NCBI RefSeq assembly: GCF_032191835.1
Contig: NC_083232.1
Span: 97,154,001-97,209,226 of the forward strand
DNA: 55,226 nt
Direction of reading: 5' to 3'
DNA from: Heteronotia binoei
Lineage: Eukaryota
The notes under the pieces are model-generated. The model was given only the letters and a program-made list of their open reading frames with translations. It was not told the origin of the DNA and ran no database searches. Below, piece by piece: positions 37,317-47,909 of the stretch. The position numbers were made by a program, and so were the translations under genes. Each line of letters opens with the position of its first letter. Position 1 is the first letter of the stretch.

Positions 37317-39047
37317 CGACAAACCTTCAAATTAGGAGAAAAGAACTCTTAGGTATCCAATAAATTGGCTGTAAAAGACACAATTACATGTATAGTTTGG
37401 TATTATGACTCCAATGCCATGAAAACCCAGAAATAGGGTCACCAAGTAGTGGGAATTTGTGTGGAAAGGTTGCCGTAAAGATAGGCTATGTAACTGAGTG
37501 TTATATGTTATAACCACAGAAACACTATCCTCTGATTCTCTTGGCCCCTGCTTTCTCCATCTCTCCTTCCTTCAAGTGTCTTTCTTGTGGCCCGATGCCC
37601 GATCTACCTTCTTCCCTTTGTTACTACTCTGTTCCTGTCCCTTTAAACCAACTCCTTCCTCCTTTAATTGACCTTCCTTTCTCACATTCTCATTCACTTC
37701 TAGCCAATCCACACAGATGCTTCTCTTAACACATTTTTGTGAAAATAATCATGGCCACAGGCATGGGTAGAAAGAGAGGATTGATCTACTGGCTGCAGAT
37801 GTTACCAAAGTGTTCATGTCTGAATATTTATTTGAGATTCTTCTCACTGATTTCTAGGAGTAAGAGGCATTCAAAGGACTTTTTCTCAAATACATCGGTA
37901 TATAAAAAACCTGGGCCCCCAACACACAGCTTGCCACCTTCGCCTTCATCTCATTTTTGCAATGGCACCTCCTCTACCAGAAATAGGAAAAGAAGGCTAT
38001 CATACACTAGAGAGAGAGAGAGAGACTACATAGCCACCTTTATTTGCAATTGCAATATTTTTGAATATTCATTGCAATATGTTAAATAAGCATGAAAGTC
38101 AAAGAAATGAAAGGTAATGAGGAGAGGGGCTTACCTGCAATTCTTCAAGAGTACAGCAAAATTTGGTCACTCCAAAAAGAAGAGAAGCGTCTTGATCAAA
38201 GCCATCCTAGAATTAAAGCATCTTAACATTTTAATATTACGTTAAATTAATCCACCATTGCATTATTTTTGGAAGCAATAATAAAATATTATAACACTGA
38301 AGTTTGAATTCATTTCAATGAAAAGCCCACAAGCTTTTCACATGCTATCAAATACGAGAGATCCGAGTCTCAAACAAACCATTTGAAACATTTAAAATTT
38401 TAACATATAGAAACTTCTTGTTTGCATGGCTGTAGCATATGATAAAAATACAATCAAATAATATTAGAATCAGAAATGGTCATATGTGATTAACCACAAC
38501 TCTTGTCCTTAAGTACATTTTCACCAAGTTGGCATTTGTAGCATTTTAAGAAAGGCAAGTTATACAACTCAGAGTTGCTACGAAGTCCAGGTGCTAGGTT
38601 ACCATGGCCCCTAGAAATTTCATTGCCACGCCTAGTATTTTCAACATAGGCAAGCCTTTCCTTTCTTAGCTCGGTAGTTGTCTTTCTGCCTTGTTGTAAT
38701 TAAAGGGATTCTGCTCACTTTAGAAAGCTTCATAAAGTTTCTAGGGTCAGGGCATAGATATTCATGTCCTGAAAAGGCATAAATATGTAACTTTCCTACT
38801 GCATTATGGAACCTCAAGTAAGAGAAGCTGGAGCCCTGAAGACATATATATCATAAGAATGGGTTCATGGAGATCCTAGTGATCATATTTATGAATTAAC
38901 GTCTAGATCCTACTTGATATATGTAACAGCAGTTCTGTGCATCTTCAAACATGGGATTTTATATCCAAGTTAGCTTTTTCTTGTTGTGAAGGGAACTAGA
39001 CTACCCTTATAATTTATACAATACAACATCATGCTGTTAATAAAATT

Positions 39048-39326
39048 GAGAGCCAGTTTGGTGTAGTGGTTAAGTGTGTGGACTCTTATCTGGGAGAACT
39101 GGGTTTTTTGATTCCCCACTCCTCCACTTGCACCTGCTGAAACGGCCTTGGGTCAGCTGTAGCTCTGGCAGAGGTTGTCCTTGAAAGGGCATCTGCTGTG
39201 AGAGCCCTCTCCAGCCCCACCCACCTCACAGGGTGTCTGTTGTGGGGGAGGAAGGGAAAGGAGATTGTGAGCCGCTCTGAGACTCTTCGGAGTGGAGGGC
39301 GGGATATAAATCCAATATCTTCTTCT
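39048..39326 (+). mobile_element. Squam3-like SINE in CCDC127 intron 1
   Basis: Family match with intact tail. Confidence 0.9.
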
Positions 39327-40139
39327 AATATTACAAAAAAAACACACCCTATGATGAGATCAGGGTTAATTTTGTGGTAGTAATAATCAGAATATTAAAA
39401 TGCAGAACCCTGAAGCTTGAAAAATGACCAGTCTGTCTGCTAAATTTCTGGGCTGGTTCATAATCAAAGAAAAGTTGTCACAGCTTGACGAAGAGGAGGA
39501 GGGAACGTTCATGAAATAACTAGGGCAACTTCCATCTTGACATCAATAGATTCTGAAGTATTTCTTCTGAAAAGAGTCACTTTTGATCACCCAAAATAGG
39601 CATGAATGGATCATATCATAACCCACGCATTTGCTTAGATTCTCACTAGAGATAATCTGTACAGTGAGAGATGTAGCACAAGGTCACTTCACCCTATTGG
39701 ACCAGGAGGCTTTCTTCTCACATGACAGCTCATCACTTGGCAGTTTGGAGGATGCATTTAAAGTTGCTTTCTTTCCACCACCACCACCCCACTCCGCATC
39801 TATTTGCCTTCCTTCCTTCCGGTTCTCAACCATCTGACGTTCATGTCTTGTGGCTCTCAAACATCTGAAATTTATTCAATGTGGCTCTTAGGTTAAGCAA
39901 GTTTGGCTACCCCTGCTCATAACAATCCTGCGAGGTAGGCCAAGGAGAAGAAAGCAACCGGGCCAAGGTCAGGTGGAGACTTTTGCATGGCTGACTGTAA
40001 ACAGATGCCCTGCAAAACCTTCCCTGAGGAGACCCGCCAGGTTTTGCGATGCCTTTGCAACACCCTCTCCCTGCTCCCCTTTGGCCCTCCAGCGGGGCCC
40101 CAGGCACTGAGGGTGAAGGAACCGCCTGGGCTGTACCCA

Positions 40140-40640
40140 GGATTTTTTTTGTAGAACAAGCCCAGCAGGAACTTATTTGCATTCTAGGCCACACCCCCTG
40201 ATGGCACCATTGTTCCACACAGGGGTTTTTTTTGTGGGGAAAAAACTCAGCTTGAACTCATTTGCATATTAGGCCACACCCCCTGATGGCACCATTGTTC
40301 CACAGGTTTTTCTTAGAAAACGCTCAGCAGGAACTCATTTGCATATTAGGCCACATCCCCCGATGGCACAATTGCTCCACACAGGGGGCTTTGTAGAAAA
40401 GGCCCAGCAGGAACTTATTTGCATAATAGGCCACACCCCCTGATGGTACCACTGTTCCACGCAAGGTTTTTTTTCCAGAAAAAGCTCAGCAGAAACTCAT
40501 TTGCATATTAGGTCACACCCCCTGATGGCACCATTGTTCCACGCAGGGAGCTTTTGTAGGAAAAAAGCTCAGAAGGAACTCATTTGCATATTAGGCCACA
40601 TCCCCTGGCACCAAGTCAGCCAGAACTGTGCTCCTGCTCA
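40140..40640. repeat. Tandem array of six ~80-bp units, each with ATTTGCAT
   Basis: Octamers start at 40175, 40260, 40337, 40417, 40499, 40582 (spacing 85, 77, 80, 82, 83). Confidence 0.95.
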
Positions 40641-40971
40641 AAAAAAGGCCCCGGCTGTACCACTCCGGACTGCGGGAGGGACTCAAGCAATTAGAGGCCC
40701 GAAAATCCTCACTCAGAAAGCGAGCACGTCAGAAAAGACGAGCCTAAAGGCCCGTTGTTCTTAACCTGCCAATGTCCCTGAAATGAAATTCTTTTTCTCC
40801 TGCATTATAGAGGAGAGAGGTCGTTTCATTCCCCACCCCCCCCGCTCTGAGTTGGTGCGGCCCAAGTCCAGCCCGGGCGCGGGGGAAGGGAGGGCTTCTC
40901 AGGGCCACTGACCGCTCCCTTTACGGCCCCGAAGCGAAGCGGCCCCCTCACGCGAGCAGGTTTCTCCTCAC

Positions 40972-41030
40972 CGGTAAGGACAAGGGCCGCGAGAACTTCT
41001 GAGGAAACGCTTCTCCCGCCGCCAAGTACG
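40972..41030 (-). other. CCDC127: Putative non-coding first exon of CCDC127
   Basis: Donor CCG|GTGAG at 40972/40971 inside the CpG island (alternative GTGAG donor near 40951). The 5' end is a guess. Confidence 0.45.
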
Positions 41031-41165
41031 CTTCATTGCGCCTGCGCGGACGCCCCTCTCCCGCGGGTGGGGCGGAGCGAGTCACTCCGTCATCCCGTCG
41101 GGGGAGGCGCCTCCTTCGCGCACGCGCAGTCTGCTGAGGGCCGACCCGCTGCCGGCAGGGGCGAA

Positions 41166-41219
41166 ATGGCGGCGGCTGTGAGGGGGTGGCGGCGGCGGCC
41201 TTGGCGGGCCCTTCGCTGG
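41166..41219 (+). CDS. SDHA: Succinate dehydrogenase flavoprotein subunit, exon 1 (mitochondrial targeting peptide)
   Basis: GAAATGG start context, MAAAVRGWRRRPWRALRW (Arg-rich, no acidic residues), donor TGG|GTAAGT, phase 0. Confidence 0.85.
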
Positions 41220-41529
41220 GTAAGTGCGCGAGCAGCCCTGGCAGCAGGGGACGGGGCCACCCTCTCCGGCGGGAGGAGCGAAGAGGCTCGGCCGAGGGAA
41301 CCGGGTCTCGCTTGCTCTCCTTCCGAAGGGCTCATTAGCTCCCCGCTTAGTTCTCACGACGCCCCCGTGAGGTAGGTCAGGCTCGCCCAAGGTCACGACT
41401 GCGCTTTGTGGTGGAGGGGGATTCGAACCCGCAGCTCTCCTCCTCGCGGCTGCAGACCTCCCTCGCCCGCCTCTTCCCTCCAAGGAGCTCAGGAGAGGCT
41501 GCTTCCACCCTCACAGCAACCCTGCGAGG

Positions 41530-41742
41530 GAGAAGAAGATATTGGATTTATACCCCGCCCTCCGCCCCGAATCTCAGAGCGGCTCACAATCTCCTTTCCC
41601 TTCCTCCCCCACAACAGACACCCTGTGAGGTGGGTGGGGCTGAGAGAGCTCTGACAAAAGCTGCCCTTTCAAGGACAACTCCTGCAAGAGCTATGGCTGA
41701 CCCAAGGCCATGCCAGCAGCTACAAGTGGAGGAGTGGGGAGG
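41530..41742 (-). mobile_element. Head-truncated Squam3-like SINE at the edge of the CpG island
   Basis: Reverse-complement family match. Confidence 0.8.
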
Positions 41743-42499
41743 TGAGGCCATTTCTGGCTGGCTGATAGAATTACCCTTGGTAGGAAATCTGTCATCTCCA
41801 TCTCTTCTGTAGGTAGATAATGCCATGAGTGAATACTTCCTTTTTAGGGGAGGGGGAGAATTCTCTGTATGTGGAAAGCTAAGTGTTGGGAAGAATTATT
41901 CTAGCAAAGCTTTTTTTTTGTGTCTTGCTATTTTTCTGTGTGAAGAATTTCCCCCCGTGGAGCAGCATTTACAGAATTGTCCTAAGCAGATCTACTCAAA
42001 ATCCACCTGAAGTCTACTCACTAGGGCTTACTCCCAGGAAAATGGTCTTAGGAATGTACTGTTAATCATGTAACTATCTTCTCTACAGTGGTACACATGG
42101 GTTTATATCCTTGTCAAGAATTGGGTCTGTATCTAGTTGGGTATGTGAGATGTCAGGTTCTTGTGCCAAGAAAAAGTACTCTTCTCATGCACCAGAGACC
42201 TAAGTTTGGTCTTCCTTGTGACATGCAAATGGTCAGGTAGTGAAGTTTATTTAGAGGCACATGAATATTGTACTACTCAAAACAGCTTTCACACAGTAGG
42301 TGTTCCTTCCGTTTCTGATAATCAGTGCAGAAGTGCAAATATTTATGGAGGAACTAATAGTAGCACGTGCCTGTGAAACTTAATCCTGACAATGCAGAAG
42401 TTCTCTGGGTTAGTAGAAAGGAAGACCAGGGGCTTGAGATAATCTCCTGTCTCGGATAGAGTTATACTCCTCTTGAAAAGGCAGGTTCACAGCTTGAGG

Positions 42500-43000
42500 G
42501 TGCTACTTGACACAGCAGTCTCCTTTGAAAACCATGTGCCTGGAATGTTTTTGCTCAGCTTTGACTGCTGCATCAGTTGCATCCGTTCTTGGGTGGGTCA
42601 GTCAGATCTAGCCACAGTGACCCATGCATTATTAGTTACATCCAGACTGGACTAGTACAGTGTGATCTAGTTCGGGCTACTTTTGAAGAGTGTTTAGAAG
42701 CTGCAGCTTGTTCAGAATCCTGTGGCTAGACTGCTGTCGGGGCCGACTACTGGAGGACATACAACCCCAATGCTGCAGCAATTTCACTGGCTGCCAGTCT
42801 GCTCCAGAGCCCAAGCCAAAATGTCGTTTTTGACCTTTAAAGCCCGACATGGCTCAGGAATGGCGTTATCTTCTCCTGTCCCACCAGTCGAAGCAGCTCT
42901 CTTGACGGGTACGCATGAAGGGGCTTTTTCAGTGGCAGCCCAACAGAGGTGGGCCTGGTTCCCTCATTTTCAGTCTTTAGGCAGCAGTAGAAGGTAGCCT
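42500..43000 (+). mobile_element. Old L2 RT fragment (others near 17240-17600 -, 50080-50350 +, 51150-51395 +)
   Basis: Degenerate SRLD...KLQLVQN..ARLL...HWLPV, similar to the C-terminus of the 44442-46685 ORF. Confidence 0.7.
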
Positions 43001-44229
43001 TATTTAGGACTGAATTTTATTAAATTAATTCTAAATTGTGATTTTTAAAAATGGGGTTTTATGTACTTTATGTTGTGTATTGCATTTGTGTTGTCAGTGT
43101 CAAGCATTAGATCTCAAAGTAACCAGTCCTTGAATTGTGAAACAAAGTTTGGTTTATTGATAATCCATGTGGCTCAGCCGAGCTAGGTATTGGAACTGAT
43201 ACAGTGTAACAGTAAAATGCATACTTAAAGATGGCACATCAAAGGTTCTATAAACAATTCTACATTCTCTAAACAATTCTACATTCACGTGTGAAACTTC
43301 TCACTGTAACTTCCTTATCTCTACTGGTTGGCGTGTCCTGGGTTCCAGCCTTGCTGGTGTGGGAATTAGTCCCAGGAGGTTTTATCTTCTATGAGTACAT
43401 TCCTGCATTTGTTAGTAAAAGCGAAAGGAGCAGGGGCGGGGTTTGCTACTTTGATGTGCATAGCTCAATTCATGGTTAGTACCATTTCTATATTCTGGCA
43501 ACTAAAATCAGAAAGGAATAAACAATGCTTGACAGTCAGCCTTTCTAAGGAAAGAAAAGACAGCTGATAAATGTTTTAAAGAAATAAAATAAGTGCAAGT
43601 GTTGGTGGCTTAATAGCTGCTTCCCCAAAGGGCTGCGTGAAAGAGTAGACACAAGCACAGAGCCTTGAATTGACCGTTTGAGGGTGCCCAAGATTGTTTT
43701 TTTTGCTTGCCTCAGTGCTTTAAGATGCAGTTGCCATAGAACTGATACATTTCCTCAGCCAGAGAAAGCACATTACAGTGCTTTGGTAACTGCCATCATG
43801 ACTTACTCTTTGTTCCTCTGACATTAGAGAGCATACAGATTCAGCCACCGTAAATACTGAGCCCTGTTGGATCAGACCAATAGTCCAAGTCCAGCATCCT
43901 GTCTCACACAGGGGCCAGCCAGTTCCTCTGGAGGACCACCAACAGGATGTAGAGACCAAGGCCTTCATAAGAACATCAGAACAATGACTGAAGTGTGACG
44001 TGAAAGAGGTTTACAAAATTATGCATGGGATTGAGAAGGTAGAGAAAGTACTTTTCTTCCTTTTTCACAAAAGAACTCATGATGAAATTGATGAGCAGTA
44101 GATTTAGAACAGATAAAAGGAAGTAATTCTTCACACAAAGAGTAATTAACATGTAGAATCCACTACTGCAGGAAGTGGTGGCAGCTACAAACATAGCTTT
44201 AGGAGGGAATTGGATAAACATATGGAGTA

Positions 44230-47200
44230 ATGTAATGTAATGTAAAATTTTATTTATATCCCGCCCTCCCCGCCGAAGCAGGCTCAGGGCGGCTAACAGC
44301 ATTTCAGGTAAACAATAGTAATAAAAACATTAAATTCACATTAAAATTCACATTAAAATCAGTCAATAATCAATAATTAATTAAAACATTCCTAAGTCAA
44401 CATTGGCGGTAAACGTTACTAATCTGGCGGTAAACATTAATTCAGTTATTGGTGAACGCCTGTTTGAAGAGGGCGGTCTTGCAGGCCCTGCGGAACTGGT
44501 CTAAGTTCCGCAGGGCCCGCACCTCCTCTGGGAGTTGGTTCCAGAGTTGTGGGGCCGCAACAGAAAAGGCCCGGGTGCGGGTGCTTTGAAGTTTAACTTC
44601 TTTTGGCCCAGGGATATTCAGTCTGCTTTTCCCCACTGACCTCAGTGCTCTCTGGGGCTCATATGGGGAGAGACGGTCCCTCAGGTAGGTCGGTCCTTGG
44701 CCATATAGGGCTTTAAAGGTTATGACCAGCACTTTGTACTGGATCCGGTATACGATTGGCAGCCAGTGCAGTCCGCGCAGCCCTGGCCGTATATGCTCCC
44801 ATCTTGGGAGACCAAGTAGCAGCCTGGCCGCCGCGTTCTGCACTAGCTGCAGCTCCCGGGTCCGGTACAGAGGCAGCCCCATGTAGAGAGCGTTACAGTA
44901 GTCCAATCTTGAGGTGACCGTCGCGTGGATCACCATTGCTAGGTCCTGACGCTCTAGGAAAGGGGCCAGCTGCCTCGCCCGCCTCAGGTGGAAGAAGGCT
45001 GATTTGGCAGTGGCTGTTATCTGGGCCTCCATTGATAATGAAGGCTCCAGTAAGACGCCCAGGCTCTTTACCCGCTGCGCCGTCTTCAGCGGCGCCTCGT
45101 CAAAGGCCGGGAGAGATATTTCCTTCCCCAGAGTGCCACGACCCACATGGAGAACCTCTGTCTTCGCTGGATTTAACTTCAGCCCACTCAGTCTAAGCCA
45201 CGTTGCAACAGCCCGCAAAGCCTGATCCAGGTTCCCCGGGGCGGAGGCGGGCCGGCCGTCCATTAGTAGATAGAGCTGGGTGTCATCTGCGTATTGATGG
45301 CAACCCAGCCCAAATCTCCGGGCAATCTGGGCGAGGGGGCGCATATAGATGTTGAATAACATCGGGGAGAGAACTGCTCCCTGGGGCACCCCACAGTCTA
45401 GTGTGCGCCTCTGGGATCGCTCACCCCCAATCGCCACCCTCTGTCCCCGACCCATGAGGAAGGAGGAAAGCCATTGTAAGGCTAGCCCCTCAACCCCTAT
45501 GTCGGCGAGGCGGTGGATCAGCAACCGATGGTCGACTGTATCAAACGCAGCCGACAGATCTAATAACATCAGTATTGCCGCACCGCCTCGATCCAGTTGC
45601 CGCTGGAGGTCGTCCACCAAGGCGACCAGGACCGTCTCCGTCCCGTGGCCCGGTCGGAAGCCAGACTGGCACGGGTCTAAGACAGAAGCGTCATCTAGAA
45701 ATCTCTGTAGCTGTAACGCCACTGCCCTCTCGATAATTTTACCTAAAAATGGTAAATTGGACACCGGTCGGTAGTTTGCCAATTCGGCCGGGTCTGCTGT
45801 AGGTTTTTTCAAGAGGGGCCGGACCAAGGCCTCTTTCAGAGGCGCTGGAAAATGCCCCTCTAAGAGGGATCTATTTATGATGTCCTGTAGAGGACATCTA
45901 AGCTCCCTCTGGCAGGATTTAATCAGCCAAGAGGGGCAAGGGTCCAAATCACATGTTGTTGGGCGAGCAGCAGAGAGAATTCCATCGACTTCCTCCAGGC
46001 TGAGTGGGTCGAAGTGGTCCAGTACTAAATCTGAAGACAGGCGCGGAGCCTCAGTTTCACTTACTGTGTCTAATGTGATAGGCAGGTCTTGGCGGAGCGA
46101 TGAGATTTTATCTGCAAAATATTTCGCAAATGCCTCACAGCCTATTTCTAATTCCCTAATATTTGGTTTGCCTTGTGGCAATGTTATAAGATCTCCAATT
46201 ACTCTAAACAATTGTGCTGGGCGCGATTTTGCAGATGCAATCTTGGCTGCGAAGTATTCTTTCTTTGCAGCCTTGACTGCCATCTCATAAGACCTCATAA
46301 GCGTTCTATAGGATGTTCTCGTCGCTTCGTCCCGAGTATGCCTCCACCGTCTCTCTAGTCGTCTGAGCCCTTGTTTCAGCTGGCGTAACTCCAAGGTATA
46401 CCATGGTGCCAGCCTCTTGCGAGGGCGCAGAGGGCGCCGAGGTGCAATTTCATCGATAGCCCTGGATAGCTGGCCCTGCCAGACTTCCACCAGGTCATCG
46501 AGAGAATTGCCAGTGGGCCAGGGATCCCTCAGGGCTGTTTGGAACCGTTCCGGGTCCATCAAGCCCCGGGGGCGAGCCAAAATAGGCTCTCCGCCCATAC
46601 AGGGTTGGGGCAACGTCTCCATACGGGCCTTAAGGGCTAGGTGGTCCGACCATGGAACCGCTTCAGCCGCGATATCGTTCACCAAAATCCCGGATGCAAA
46701 GATCAGGTCTAATGTGTGCCCGGCCTGATGCGTGGGAGTTGAGAGAGCCCCAGTGTCGCCATGGAAGACACTAGGTCCATCGCCTGAGTGGAGGCCGTGT
46801 CATCGGCATGGACATTGAAGTCACCCAGGACCATAAGCCCCGGGAACTCCAATGCCCAGCCCGCCACTGCCTCCAATAGTGATGGTAAGGCGCTGGCTGG
46901 TGCGTTGGGCGTACGGTACACCAGCCAGATCGCCAACCCCTCTCCAACATCCCACGTCAGGCCGGCACATTCAATGCCATCGATCCTTGGAGCCGGGAGA
47001 GCCCGAAAGGTGTAATCCTCCCGTATGAACAACGCTACCCCTCCCCCCCGCCCGTTATTCCGTGACTGGTGAAAGACCGAGTAGCCTGGGGGGGTCATCT
47101 GGGAGAGAGCTACTGTCTCTCCGTCCCGCACCCAGGTCTCGGTCACGCAAGCCAGGTCCACATCCTGTTGGAGTAGAAACTCCTTGAGGGTCGAGGTCTT

Positions 47201-47303
47201 GTTGTTAATAGACCTGGCGTTGCATAACACCAGTGACGGAGACGGGCATTTCCTCTTGGTCCCACTACCTACCACCGTTGGGATGGGAAGTAGACTAGAA
47301 GAA
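44230..47303 (-). mobile_element. L2-clade LINE, nearly complete ORF2 with one frameshift
   Basis: Endonuclease (CNARS, VTETW, GDFN; 46709-47275) and RT (QSGFR, DLSAAFD, GVPQG, YADD; 44442-46685). (CATTA)n tail on the element strand. TSD GGAGTA (44224-44229, 47304-47309). Confidence 0.93.
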
Positions 47304-47417
47304 GGAGTAGAGGTCTGTCAGTGGCTATTAGCCACAAGGTTATAGATGGATCTCTGTCTGGGGCAGCAATGTTCTGTATTCTTGGTGTTTGGGGGGGGCA
47401 GTGGGAGGGTTCTAGAA

Positions 47418-47554
47418 CAGGGGTGGCCAACGGTAGCTCTCCAGATGTTTTTTGCCTACAGCTCCCATCAGCCCCAGCCATCAGCCATACTGGCTGGAGC
47501 TGATGGGAGTTGTAGGCAAAAAAACATCTGGAGAGCTACTGTTGGCCACCCCTG
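47418..47554. mobile_element. Palindromic hAT-type MITE
   Basis: Same TIRs, TSD TTCTAGA(A/G). Confidence 0.85.
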
Positions 47555-47644
47555 TTCTAGAGTTCTGGCCCCAGTGGTGGACTCCTGATGACACCTGGGC
47601 TTTGACCACTGTGAAACCACGTTGGACTGGATGGGCATGGCTTC

Positions 47645-47909
47645 TGTTTGGTGTAGTGGTTAAGTGTGTGGACTCTTATCTGGGAGAACTGGGTTTGATT
47701 CCCCACTCCTCCACTTGCAGCTGCTGGAATGACCTTGAGTCAGCCATAGCTCTCGCAGAGTTGTCCTTGAAAGGGCAGCTGCCGTAAGAGCTCTCTCAGG
47801 CCACCTACCTCACAGGGTGTTTGTTGTGGGGGAGGAAGATAAAGGAGACTGTGAGCCACTCTGAGATTCAGGGTGGAGGGCGGAATATAAATCCAATGTT
47901 GTCTTCTTC
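47645..47909 (+). mobile_element. Squam3-like SINE
   Basis: Family match. Apparent donor of the 112-bp copy at 48679-48790. Confidence 0.9.

Larger units (their letters stand above)
40800..41500. promoter_or_regulatory. CpG island / bidirectional promoter CCDC127-SDHA
   Basis: Sharp rise in GC and CpG. NRF1-type motifs TGCGCCTGCGC (41037-41047) and CGCGCACGCGCA (41117-41128), GC box GGGGCGGAG (41069-41077). Head-to-head layout as in human. Confidence 0.85.
43990..47640 (+). mobile_element. CR1 3' fragment hosting the L2 and a MITE
   Basis: EVYKIMHGIEKV...KLMSSRFRTDKRK-like remnant before 44229. Its 3' UTR resumes at 47310. Confidence 0.7.

Noticed and set aside
40140-40640. CRISPR-like repeat array
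   Set aside because: The units are similar over their whole length with no unique spacers, there are no cas genes, and the context is vertebrate.
41067-41483. Long ORFs across the CpG island
   Set aside because: GC-rich chance frames. Only 41166-41219 is supported, by the splice donor and continuity with SDHA exon 2.
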